From: an uncultured Thermoleophilia bacterium
Lineage (GTDB): Bacteria; Actinomycetota; Thermoleophilia; UBA2241
Length of the DNA stretch: 64,000 nt
NCBI GenBank assembly: GCA_963702475.1
Contig: CAVPCT010000003.1
Span: forward strand, 128,001-192,000
Direction: 5' to 3'
Shown here: piece after piece, positions 20,563 to 29,766 of the stretch
How the letters are laid out: each line of letters opens with the position of its first letter
Position numbering within the stretch: the first letter of the stretch is position 1
Translations under genes and position numbers: made by a program
The notes under the pieces: model-generated
Seen by the model: only the letters and a program-made list of their open reading frames with translations
The model's database searches: none
Told to the model about the DNA's origin: nothing

Positions 20563-22518
20563 ATGACCGGGGACCAGGGGCGGCGGCCGGACCCGGGCCG
20601 GCAAGCGCCGCTCACGCTCGGGACGGCCGGGCACATCGACCACGGCAAGACGGCGCTGGTCACGGCGCTCACCGGCAAGAACACCGACCGCCTGCGCGAG
20701 GAGCGCGAGCGCGGCATCTCCATCGAGCTCGGGTACGCCGAGCTGACGCTGCCCGGCGGGGCGACGCTCAGCGTGGTCGACGTGCCGGGCCACGAGAAGT
20801 TCGTGCGGACCATGGTGGCCGGCGCCACGGGCATCGACCTCTTCCTCCTGGTGATCGCCGCCGACGACGGGGTGATGCCGCAGACGCGCGAGCACATCTC
20901 CATCATCGAGCTGCTCGGTGTGCGCGACGGCGTCGTGGCCCTCACCAAGGCCGACCTCGTGGACGACGAGCTGCTGGAGCTGGCCGAGGCCGACGTGCGT
21001 GAGTTCCTGGAGACCATGCCCTACGCGGGCGTGGAACTGGTGACGGTGAGCGCGCGGGACGGGCGCGGCCTGGACGAGCTGCTGGCCGCGCTCGAGCGCT
21101 GCGCGTCGCGCGTGGAGTCAGGGCGTCGCGACGGCCCGGCCCGGCTGCCGGTCGACCGCGTCTTCCCGCTCAAGGGTATCGGCACCGTCGTCACCGGCAC
21201 GCTGTGGCGCGGCGAGCTGCGTGCCGGTGACCCGGTGGTGGTCGTGCCCGGCGGCACCCGCACCGCGGTGCGCAGCGTGCAGGTGCACGACCACGAGACC
21301 GAGGTGGTCTACGCCGGCAGCCGCATCGGCGTGAACCTTCGCGGACTGGACCGCGGCGAGGTCGAGCGTGGCGCCTGGCTGGTGGCTCCCGAGCTCGCCG
21401 CGCACGTGGGCCGGCGGTTCGACGCCTGGGTGCAGCTGGTGCCCGGCGGACGGCCGCTGAAGGCCGGCGACCGCGTGCGTCTGCACCACGGCACTGCGCA
21501 GTACGTGGCGCGCATCGCGCCGCTCGAGGGGCGTGAGGTCCCCGGCGGCGCGCAGGCGGCGGCGGTCGTGCGGCTCGACGGCGACGCCGCGGTCGAGCCG
21601 CACGACCGCTTCATCCTGCGCGCCCTCTCACCGGCGATCACGATCGGCGGCGGCGAGGCTCTCGCGACCGGCCCGCGGCACTGGCACGACCGCGCCCGGC
21701 ACGCCGCCTATCTCGCGGCGGTGCGGTCCGGCGACCCCGTCGCCGCGGCTGAGGTCGCCGGCGTCGACGCCGGTGCGGCAGGGGTCACCGCCGCCGATCT
21801 CGCGGCCGCCGGCTTCTCGGCCCGCGAGGCGGACAGGGCGCTGGCTTCGGCGGTCAAGGCCGGCCGGCTGGAGCCGCTGCCGGCGGCCGCCGACCGTCCC
21901 GACGCCGGCCGCTGGTTCGCGGCCGGCGTGCTCGACGGCCTGCGCGAGGCGCTCGTGGCCGCCGCCGCAGAGCGCGCCGGTGCGCGCCCCGAGCGGCCGT
22001 TCTCGAGCGCCGCCGAGCTGGCCGCCGCGGCGCCGCAGCTGCCGTTCCGCGAGGTCGACGCGATCCTGCAGCACCTGGTCGCGGCGCAGCGGCTGGTCAC
22101 CGGCGAAGGCGGCTACGCCCCCGCCGGCGCCGGTGTGCTCGGCGGCGCCCAGGAGGCGCTCGCTGCGGCGGTGCTCGAGAGCCTGGACGAGACGCCGTTC
22201 ACCCCGCCCACGCTGGCCACGCTCGCGGAGGCCCTTGGACGCCCGGGCCGCGAAGTCACCCAGGTTCTTGAGGTGCTGGCCCGCCGCGGCGACGTGGTGC
22301 GCGTCGACAAGGACCTGTGGTTCGCCGGGCCTGCCGTCGACCGGGCCCGGGAGGCCCTCGAGGAGATGCTCGCGGCGGCGCCGGTCACGCTGGCTGCGTT
22401 CCGCGACCGGCTCGACTGCGGGCGCCGCAATGCCCAGGCCCTCCTGGAGCTCTTCGACCGGGAGGGCCTCACCCTGCGGCGCGGCGACGAGCGCATCGCC
22501 CGCCGCCGGCGCGCCTGA
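20563..22518 (+). CDS. selB: selenocysteine-specific elongation factor
   Basis: GTAGHIDHGKT, RGISIELG, DVPGHEKF, TKAD, DRVF..KGIGTVVTGT, C-terminal winged-helix region. Confidence 0.97.
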   Translation: MTGDQGRRPDPGRQAPLTLGTAGHIDHGKTALVTALTGKNTDRLREERERGISIELGYAELTLPGGATLSVVDVPGHEKFVRTMVAGATGIDLFLLVIAADDGVMPQTREHISIIELLGVRDGVVALTKADLVDDELLELAEADVREFLETMPYAGVELVTVSARDGRGLDELLAALERCASRVESGRRDGPARLPVDRVFPLKGIGTVVTGTLWRGELRAGDPVVVVPGGTRTAVRSVQVHDHETEVVYAGSRIGVNLRGLDRGEVERGAWLVAPELAAHVGRRFDAWVQLVPGGRPLKAGDRVRLHHGTAQYVARIAPLEGREVPGGAQAAAVVRLDGDAAVEPHDRFILRALSPAITIGGGEALATGPRHWHDRARHAAYLAAVRSGDPVAAAEVAGVDAGAAGVTAADLAAAGFSAREADRALASAVKAGRLEPLPAAADRPDAGRWFAAGVLDGLREALVAAAAERAGARPERPFSSAAELAAAAPQLPFREVDAILQHLVAAQRLVTGEGGYAPAGAGVLGGAQEALAAAVLESLDETPFTPPTLATLAEALGRPGREVTQVLEVLARRGDVVRVDKDLWFAGPAVDRAREALEEMLAAAPVTLAAFRDRLDCGRRNAQALLELFDREGLTLRRGDERIARRRRA

Positions 22519-22569
22519 ACGCCGCGCCGGCCGGCACCCGAGCGTCGCGCGGCCCGCCGCCCGGCGCGG

Positions 22570-25500
22570 TCACCCCTCCGCGAACGAGGCCACCTGGTCG
22601 CGTCCGCGCCGCTTGGCCAGGTACATCGCCCAGTCGGCCTTGTCGAGCAGCTCCTCCCGGCGCGTGGCGTCGCCCGGGTAGGTGGCCACGCCGATGCTCA
22701 CCGTGAGCGGCGTGCCGTGCGCCGCGTAGCCCGCCGCGCGGATGCGCTCGCGGATGCGCTGTGCCACCACGATCCCGGCGTCGCGCGCGGTCTCCAGCAG
22801 CAGCACCACGAACTCCTCGCCGCCGTAGCGGGCCGCGATGTCGATGTTGCGCACCGACTGCTCGATGATATGGGCCACCTCGCGCAGTACGCGGTCGCCG
22901 GCACGGTGTCCGTTGGCGTCGTTGTAGCCCTTGAAGTGGTCGAGGTCGCAGAACAGAACGGTGAGCGGCTGCTCAGTCTCCCTCGCGCGGTGCAGTTCGT
23001 CGGTGAGCCGCTCCTGCAGGTAGCGGTGGTTGTACAGGCCCGTGAGGGCGTCGGTGATGGACTCGATCTCGGCGCGGCTCAGACGGACGGCGGCCGACTG
23101 CAGGATGGTCGCGAAGGTCTGGCGCACGTCGCCGCGCAGCGCCTCGGTCTCGGCACGTGAGAGGGCCGGCAGGTCTGCCGCCGCGGCGGCCACGATGTGC
23201 CCGTTCGAGTCGTAGATGGGGGCGAGACCCGTGACCCACACGCCGAACTGGTCGGCGAACACCGTGTTCACCTCAGGGTGCCGTCCCTCGAGGACTTCAG
23301 GGAGCTCGTCGTCGACGAAGATCTCGTCGCCCAGGTGCGAGTGGTCGGCTTCCTTCTCCTCGGGGTCGACCCCTATCACGAACTTCTTGTCCACGCGTAC
23401 GTGCGTGGTCAGGTACTTCGTCGGCGGGTTGGCGTCCCGGACCTCGCGCAGGATGTCGCGGATCTCCCTGTACTCCTGCGTGTCCTCGTCCTCGCGTGAG
23501 CGGAGAGCGAGGTGCTTGTCCCCCGGGATGCGCGAGGCCGCCTCCGCGGCTATCCGCTCCGCCGTCGCGCGCGTGTGCTCCAGCTCCGAAAGGACCTCGA
23601 GGAAGGCGTCCACCATCGTGGGGTCGAACTGCCCGCCGCGGCACCGACGCAGCTCTCGGAGGCACTGACCATACGTGAGCGCTGCCTTGTACGGTCTCCG
23701 GCACGACATCGCGTCGTAGGCGTCGACGACGGCCATGGCGCGGGCGAGGAGAGGGATGGCGTCGCCCGTGAGGCCGTCCGGGTAGCCCCTGCCGTCGAAG
23801 TGCTCGTGGTGGTGCCGGACGCCGTCCACGAGCGCCTTGGGGAAGAGGGGCCGGATGATGTCGGCGCTGAACACGGGGTGCAGCCGCATCTGCTGCCACT
23901 CCTGCGGGTTCAGGCGGCCGGGCTTCAGCAGGACGCGGTCGGAGATGCTGATCTTGCCGATGTCGTGCAGGTAGGCGGCCTCCTCGAGCGACGCCGTCAG
24001 TTCGGGTCCCCACTGCAGCTTGTGGCCGAGCATCACCATGTACGCGGCCACCCGCGCGGCATGACCCAGCGTGTAGTAGTCCTTGGCGTTGAGCGCCGAG
24101 CTCAGGGCCATGAGGTTGCCCAGGTGCATCTGCTTGATCTCGTCGTAGAGTTGGGCGTTCCTGATGGCCAGGGAGAGCTGCGTGGCCACGTTTTCGAGGA
24201 GCGCGGTGTCCACGTGGTCGAAGGCGTCGGGCGCCGTGCTCGCCAAGGTGAACGCGCCGATGATCCCGGTGTCCGACGGAAGGGCGATGGCGGCGGCCGA
24301 CTGCCAGCCCGGCGTGAGCGGGTGCATCGCGGCGAGACTCGCGTCTTCCGGCAGCCGCATGTGCAGGACGCTGTGAGAGGCCATGGCGCCGAAGAACCGT
24401 TCGCCCAGCGTCTGCAGGTCCGCGCCGGCGACGAGCTGTCCGGGGCCGTCGCCGGTGAGTACACGCTCGATGGCTCCGTCTTTGGCGAGGTACAGGCTGT
24501 AGCCATCGAAGGGCACGAGCCGGTGCAGCTCGTCGACGGCCGCGTCGACGATGACCTCGAGGTCGAGGCTCGCGGCCGTGCGCCGCGCGATCTCGTTGAG
24601 CAACTGCATCTGCTGGTTCGCAGCCTGCTCGCTCGCGAGCAGCTGGTCGAGCTCACGGTAGAGCCCGGCGTTGGCGATGGCCTGTCCGGCTACCTGCGCG
24701 AGGCCGACGATGGTGTCGATGCCGGCGAACGGCCGCGGCTCCCCGTTGTACAGGTCGATGAAGCCCATGAGGTCGCCGCCGCCGAGGAGCGGCACCGTCA
24801 TGGTGGCCGCGTAGCCCCAGGCGTCGGCGTCCGCACGGTCCAGCTCGGTCGTCCCGGGGTCGTGATGGACGTCGAGCTTCACGACCGGGCGCCGCGTCGC
24901 CACGGCCTCGGTGAACGTGCTGAAGTCGGCGATGCGGTAACGGAGGCCGCGGACTGACTGGTCGGCGCCGCGGCCCGCGGTCACGAGGATCTCGGCCTCA
25001 TCGCCGTCCACGCCGTACACGTCGCACAGGTCCGCGCCCGACACCGTGAGGATGCGCTCGGCCACCTTGCCGATGACGGCGTCCACGTCCAGCGAGGACC
25101 CGAACTCCAGTCCGGAGTCGACGAGCAGGCGCAGGTCGCGGTTGCCGCTCTTCAGCCGCTCCATGAGCCCCGCCTTCTCCAGGGAGGAGGCGAGCAGCCG
25201 TCCGACATTGCGGATGAAGTCCAGCTGCCCTGTGTAGTCACGCACCTTGGTGTCGAACACGTCGAGGAGCCCTATGACCCGCCCTTCGACGAACAGCGGC
25301 AGGGAGACCATGCTGCGATAGCCCCAGTCGCGGTAGACGTTCAGCTCCACCTCCTGGAGCCCGGCGGTCTCGAGGTCGCCGATCACCACCGGGGCATCGG
25401 CAGCAAGGGTCCCGGCGACGCTCGGGTAGTCCGCGATCGCGCAGACCTTGCCTATCTCATCCTCGTCCCATCCCCCGCTGTCGAAGCTGGCGAGGCACCG

Positions 25501-27414
25501 CATCACGTCGCCGTCGACCTCCCAGATGTCGCAGTCCTCGGCGTCGAGGATGGTACGCAGGCGCTCCGCGGCGATGCGCGCCAGACGTCCCAGGCCCTCG
25601 GTCTCGTCCAGCTGGTCGCTCAGATCGATGAGCTCGCGGAGGGCCGCGTTGCTCTGCCGCAGGTCTTGCAGAAGATGGGCGTTGCGCAGCGCGTCGGCCA
25701 CGGTGCGGGCGGCGCTGATGAGGAACGGCCGCACCTCGTTGTAGTCGCGCTCACGGGTGTCGAAGATGTCCACGAACCCGACCACTTCGTCGCCGGCCAC
25801 GAGCGGGATGCTCATGTTGCTCTGGAAGTCGAACTCCGCCCACTCTTCGCGCTCCTCGTCGTTGATGCGCGGGTCCCGTGGGGAGGCGAACACGAGGGTC
25901 TCTCGTTCCCGCAGGGCCTCCTCGGTCAACGGGTGACGGGCCAGCGCGAGGACCCTGCCGCGAGCCTCCTCGTCTTCTCCGTGGCTGTCGAAGCTCGCGA
26001 GGCAGCGGATGAACCCCTCCTCCAGCCACCACACGTCGCAGTCCTCCGCCTCGGTGACGCTGCGGATGCGGCGTGCGGCGATGAGGGCGAGGTCGTAGAA
26101 CGAACCGGGTACGGAAAGGCTGGAGGCGAGCTCGACGAGGCTCTGCTGCAGCCGTCCGCGTGTGTCGACCTCGTCCAGGAGCACGGCGTTGTCGAAGAGG
26201 CCCGCGACGAGCTGGGTCACCCCGGTGAGGAACTCCACCTCCTGTCCCCAGTCGCGCTCGGCGTCGTCGTAGAGCTCCACGAGTCCGACGAGCGTGCCGC
26301 TCGAGACAAGGGGCATGGTGAGCGAGCTGGCGTAGCCCCACTCGCGATACCGTGCCACCTCCTCAGGCGACAGGCGCGGGTCTGAGAGGTCGTCGATGAC
26401 CAGCGGCGTGAGGTCGATGAGGGTCCGCTCCAGCGAGGGGTACTTGGCGGTGTCGAGGATGTGGCCGGCCTTGGTGGGATCGGCGCCGTCGCGGGTGAGG
26501 TCGAGGAGGGCACGGATAACGCCGCCGCTCACGCGATACACGTCCACGCAGTCCGCGTTCACCGCGGCCATGAGCCGCAGGGCGAAGCGCTCTACGAACG
26601 CCTCCAGATCCGGGGTCTCCGCCACTTCCTGCGAGAGAGCCATCATCTCGCGTACGGCCTTGTCCCGGTGTTCGAGGGTGCGGTTGGTGGCGGACACGTC
26701 CAGGGCGTGAGCGCAGATGCCGGCGAGGCCGGCGACGGGCTCCACGTGCCCGGCGAGGTCGCGTGAACGGGTATCGCTGAGTTCAACGGCGCCGATGAAC
26801 GAGCCCCGCACCGTCATCGGTGCCCACAGGAGCGAGCGGCAGCCGCGGCGCTGCAGAGCGAGACGGCCGCGGGCCGAGGCGGCGCCGGACGACCCCGGCA
26901 GCGCCGCGGCACTCAACGTCTCCGGCGGACCGTCGAACGGCACCCAGTCCTCCAGGGTCCAGGTGGCGCCGGTGCGGGCAGTGTCGAGCTCACCGCCATC
27001 CACGGATACCGCGAGCCGCAGCCGGCGGCCCTCGCGCACCAGGATGTCGCAGCGAGGCACGTCGACGAGGTCGCAGAGCCGGCGGGCCACCTCCTCCGGG
27101 ACCTGCCAGGGTGCGTCGGTGAGCAGATCGACCAGGTCCAGCCCCGCACGCATGACGGCGCGCGAGTCCTCGGTCTGGCGTTGCAGGCTGGCGACCTCGC
27201 TTGGCTGCGGCAGCGGCTCGCCACCCAGGGTCGCGGCTGCGAGGGCCTCGACGTCGTTCCTCCGGTAACGCCGGTGCCCTCCTGGGCTGCGGTGGACGGT
27301 GATACGTCCGGCGTCGGTCCAGCGACGCACTGTGTTGACGCTGACGCCGAGCAGTCCCGCCACGTCGGCGACGCGCAGCCAGGACGACCCGGTACTCTCC
27401 GTTGCGAGGGTCAT
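22570..27414 (-). CDS. multidomain c-di-GMP enzyme: MerR/excisionase-like HTH + 6 GAF + HD-GYP + Cache-like + GGDEF
   Basis: VADVAGLLGVSVNTVRRW; six GAF repeats; LHDIGK, HHEHFDGRGYP, RPYK; DLDHFKGYND, RNID I-site, GGEEF. Confidence 0.92.
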   Translation of the reverse strand: MTLATESTGSSWLRVADVAGLLGVSVNTVRRWTDAGRITVHRSPGGHRRYRRNDVEALAAATLGGEPLPQPSEVASLQRQTEDSRAVMRAGLDLVDLLTDAPWQVPEEVARRLCDLVDVPRCDILVREGRRLRLAVSVDGGELDTARTGATWTLEDWVPFDGPPETLSAAALPGSSGAASARGRLALQRRGCRSLLWAPMTVRGSFIGAVELSDTRSRDLAGHVEPVAGLAGICAHALDVSATNRTLEHRDKAVREMMALSQEVAETPDLEAFVERFALRLMAAVNADCVDVYRVSGGVIRALLDLTRDGADPTKAGHILDTAKYPSLERTLIDLTPLVIDDLSDPRLSPEEVARYREWGYASSLTMPLVSSGTLVGLVELYDDAERDWGQEVEFLTGVTQLVAGLFDNAVLLDEVDTRGRLQQSLVELASSLSVPGSFYDLALIAARRIRSVTEAEDCDVWWLEEGFIRCLASFDSHGEDEEARGRVLALARHPLTEEALRERETLVFASPRDPRINDEEREEWAEFDFQSNMSIPLVAGDEVVGFVDIFDTRERDYNEVRPFLISAARTVADALRNAHLLQDLRQSNAALRELIDLSDQLDETEGLGRLARIAAERLRTILDAEDCDIWEVDGDVMRCLASFDSGGWDEDEIGKVCAIADYPSVAGTLAADAPVVIGDLETAGLQEVELNVYRDWGYRSMVSLPLFVEGRVIGLLDVFDTKVRDYTGQLDFIRNVGRLLASSLEKAGLMERLKSGNRDLRLLVDSGLEFGSSLDVDAVIGKVAERILTVSGADLCDVYGVDGDEAEILVTAGRGADQSVRGLRYRIADFSTFTEAVATRRPVVKLDVHHDPGTTELDRADADAWGYAATMTVPLLGGGDLMGFIDLYNGEPRPFAGIDTIVGLAQVAGQAIANAGLYRELDQLLASEQAANQQMQLLNEIARRTAASLDLEVIVDAAVDELHRLVPFDGYSLYLAKDGAIERVLTGDGPGQLVAGADLQTLGERFFGAMASHSVLHMRLPEDASLAAMHPLTPGWQSAAAIALPSDTGIIGAFTLASTAPDAFDHVDTALLENVATQLSLAIRNAQLYDEIKQMHLGNLMALSSALNAKDYYTLGHAARVAAYMVMLGHKLQWGPELTASLEEAAYLHDIGKISISDRVLLKPGRLNPQEWQQMRLHPVFSADIIRPLFPKALVDGVRHHHEHFDGRGYPDGLTGDAIPLLARAMAVVDAYDAMSCRRPYKAALTYGQCLRELRRCRGGQFDPTMVDAFLEVLSELEHTRATAERIAAEAASRIPGDKHLALRSREDEDTQEYREIRDILREVRDANPPTKYLTTHVRVDKKFVIGVDPEEKEADHSHLGDEIFVDDELPEVLEGRHPEVNTVFADQFGVWVTGLAPIYDSNGHIVAAAAADLPALSRAETEALRGDVRQTFATILQSAAVRLSRAEIESITDALTGLYNHRYLQERLTDELHRARETEQPLTVLFCDLDHFKGYNDANGHRAGDRVLREVAHIIEQSVRNIDIAARYGGEEFVVLLLETARDAGIVVAQRIRERIRAAGYAAHGTPLTVSIGVATYPGDATRREELLDKADWAMYLAKRRGRDQVASFAEG

Positions 27415-27424
27415 GGTGTCGGCT

Positions 27425-27452
27425 TCTTCGGCACAACGGCGCCCGAACTTGA
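27425..27452 (-). promoter_or_regulatory. putative sigma-28/WhiG-FliA type promoter
   Basis: TCAA-N16-GCCGAAGA, ending about 10 nt upstream of the ATG at 27414. Confidence 0.45.
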
Positions 27453-27617
27453 CCAAAGCTCCCACCGCCAGGCGGCCCGAGGGAGGTTCGGGGGGATGTC
27501 GCCCATCAGACCACCTCGCCGGGCGAATGGTCTTCGGTCTGCGCGCGACATAGCATGTGCGCCACCGTCGGACGCCGACCGGCACTCGCTGCCGTCGCAG
27601 GGAGAGGGAGGGACGCA

Positions 27618-28415
27618 ATGCCGCGCAAGGGGCGGGTCGAGGGCAAGGTCGCCCTCATCACAGGGGTCGCCAAGACCAACAGCATCGGCTTCAACACGGC
27701 GAGGGTGCTCGGCGAGGAGGGCGCGCTGCTCGCCATCGTCGATATCTCGGACCGGGTCCACGCCTGCGCCGAGGTGCTCCGCGGGGAGGGCTTCGAGGTC
27801 GGGTCGTACACCGCCGACCTCACGAAGATGGACGAGGTGCGCGCCGTGGTCGCCCAGGCGGAGGGATGCTTCGGACGCATCGACGTCCTCGTCAACAATG
27901 CCGGCATGGTGATCGAGGGGATGGAGGAGGATTTCACCGACTTCGCCCATCTCAGCGAGGAGCAGTGGGACTTCGGCATCGCGATCAACCTCAAGACGCA
28001 GTTCAACGTCACGCGCTCGGTGATCGACGGCATGATCTCCCGCGGGTACGGGCGCATCGTGAACATCTCGTCGGTCACGGGGCCGGTGGTCGCCAACCCC
28101 GAGGAGTCGGTGTACTGCGCGGCCAAGGCCGGCGTGCTGGGAATGACCCGTGGCCTCGCGCTTGACGTGGCCAAGTACGGCATCACCGTGAACGCGGTGG
28201 GGCCCGGCTGGATCGACACCGGGTCCACCACCGAGGGCGAGCGCGCCGGCGCCGAGAACACGCCGATGGGCCGCGCGGCCACCCCCACCGAGGTGGGCAA
28301 GCTCGTGTGCTTCCTCGGCTCGGACGACGCCAGCTACATCACCGGACAGCTCGTGGTGATCGACGGCGGCAACACCATCCAGGAGTACAAAGGGCCGAGC
28401 GGACTCTACTACTGA
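27618..28415 (+). CDS. SDR family oxidoreductase
   Basis: ALITG..IG, NNAG, NISS, YCAAK, VGPGWIDT, ITGQLVVIDGG. Confidence 0.93.
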   Translation: MPRKGRVEGKVALITGVAKTNSIGFNTARVLGEEGALLAIVDISDRVHACAEVLRGEGFEVGSYTADLTKMDEVRAVVAQAEGCFGRIDVLVNNAGMVIEGMEEDFTDFAHLSEEQWDFGIAINLKTQFNVTRSVIDGMISRGYGRIVNISSVTGPVVANPEESVYCAAKAGVLGMTRGLALDVAKYGITVNAVGPGWIDTGSTTEGERAGAENTPMGRAATPTEVGKLVCFLGSDDASYITGQLVVIDGGNTIQEYKGPSGLYY

Positions 28416-28444
28416 CCGTGATGCACGCCTGAGGGAGGCTCGCG

Positions 28445-28747
28445 ATGTCCGACGTCAAGTACCTCTTCATCTTCATCACGCCCGGCTGTGACCCGGCCGT
28501 CCACCGGTGTGCGATCGAGACGCCTGAAGGACCCACCACCACTGTGGGCGTCGGCGGCGTAGGTCAGGCCTGCGAGGTGGCGAAGGCCGCAGTGGCGGGC
28601 GGTGCGGCCGACTTCATCGAGCTGTGCGGCGCCTTCGGGGAGGAGGGCTGCCGCGAGGTCATCGAAGCCGTCGGGAACAGAGTACCGGTCGGGTACGTGA
28701 CGTACTTCCCCGGAGACTCGGAGCGAGTGGACGCGCTCTTCTCGTGA
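28445..28747 (+). CDS. DUF6506-like small protein
   Basis: FIF..P..DP..HR..IET, IELCGAFG, VPVGYVTY resemble the DUF6506 family; GGAGG RBS. Confidence 0.7.
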   Translation: MSDVKYLFIFITPGCDPAVHRCAIETPEGPTTTVGVGGVGQACEVAKAAVAGGAADFIELCGAFGEEGCREVIEAVGNRVPVGYVTYFPGDSERVDALFS

Positions 28748-28818
28748 CCCGCGGGCGGCGGCCTCCCACCGGGGCGGGACAGGGGCCGGCGCCCGTGGCG
28801 CCGGCCTCCCGGCGGTTG

Positions 28819-28849
28819 TAGACTGCGTTCATTGAAGGACCGTTCAATG
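28819..28849 (+). promoter_or_regulatory. -10 box (TAGACT) followed by a palindromic operator
   Basis: CATTGAA-ggaccg-TTCAATG perfect inverted repeat (28830-28849), AT-rich in a GC-rich background. Confidence 0.6.
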
Positions 28850-28869
28850 TTTCGACCCTGGGGGGCCAG

Positions 28870-29658
28870 ATGAGCGAGGGCACTGGCGGCAGGACCGTGG
28901 TCGTCACCGGGGCAGCCGGAGGAATCGGGGCCGCCGTCGCGCGGCGCTTCGCGGAGGCCGGCGACACGCTGGTGCTCGGCGACCTCGACGCGGTGCGCCT
29001 CGAGGAGCTGGCCGGGCAGCTCGCCGCGCTCACGGCGGTGCACGGGGTCGCCTGCGACGTGAGCGTGCCTGCCGACTGCGAGAACCTGATGGTCACGGCG
29101 GCGGAGGACGCCGGCGGCGTGGACGTGCTCGTCAACACCGCCGGCGTGTGGACAGAGGGCCCCAGTGAGCTGACCACCGAGGATGAGTGGGACAGGGTCC
29201 TCGACGTGAACCTCAAGGGCACGTTCTTCTGCTGCAGGTACGCGATCCCCTACCTCAGGAAGTCACAGGGCTGCATCGTGAACCTCAGCTCGGACGCCGG
29301 TGTGGTCGGCACCCCGGAGACGGCGGTCTACACGGCCTCCAAGGGCGGCGTCAGTCTGCTCACCAGGTCACTGGCGCTCGAACTCGCGCCTCACCTGGTG
29401 CGCTGCGTGGCCGTCTGCCCGGCCGACGTCATGACGCCGATGCTCGAGGGGCAGGCGCGCGACTTCGGCGGCGGCGACCCCGAGGGCTACTTCAAACGCC
29501 TCCTGGCCAGCTACCCGCAGGGCGAGAGCGCCCGCTTCATCACGCCTGAGCAGGTGGCCGAGCTCATCCACTACCTTGCGAGCCCGGCCGCGACGCCGAT
29601 CACGGGAGCTCTCATCAGCATCGACTACGGCACCTCGGCCGGCTACGGCTACGACTGA
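28870..29658 (+). CDS. SDR family oxidoreductase
   Basis: TGAAGGIG, NTAG, NLSS, YTASK, CPADVMTPM. Confidence 0.93.
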   Translation: MSEGTGGRTVVVTGAAGGIGAAVARRFAEAGDTLVLGDLDAVRLEELAGQLAALTAVHGVACDVSVPADCENLMVTAAEDAGGVDVLVNTAGVWTEGPSELTTEDEWDRVLDVNLKGTFFCCRYAIPYLRKSQGCIVNLSSDAGVVGTPETAVYTASKGGVSLLTRSLALELAPHLVRCVAVCPADVMTPMLEGQARDFGGGDPEGYFKRLLASYPQGESARFITPEQVAELIHYLASPAATPITGALISIDYGTSAGYGYD

Positions 29659-29766
29659 CGGTCGTGGGCCAGGGAGCGTACGCGAAGATGCTGTCCCCAC
29701 ACGACGGGCGACGCCGTGACCGCCGGCACACCGTACAGTCCCAGAGGAAGGAGCGCACGCCGCACA

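Noticed and set aside
27495-27552. Hairpin upstream of the giant GGDEF gene as a c-di-GMP riboswitch
   Set aside because: Lacks GEMM-I and c-di-GMP-II consensus, and lies upstream of the putative promoter
29660-29766. Possible glycine riboswitch upstream of the second gcvP pair
   Set aside because: No GGAGA...CCGAAG...CTCAGG aptamer core visible
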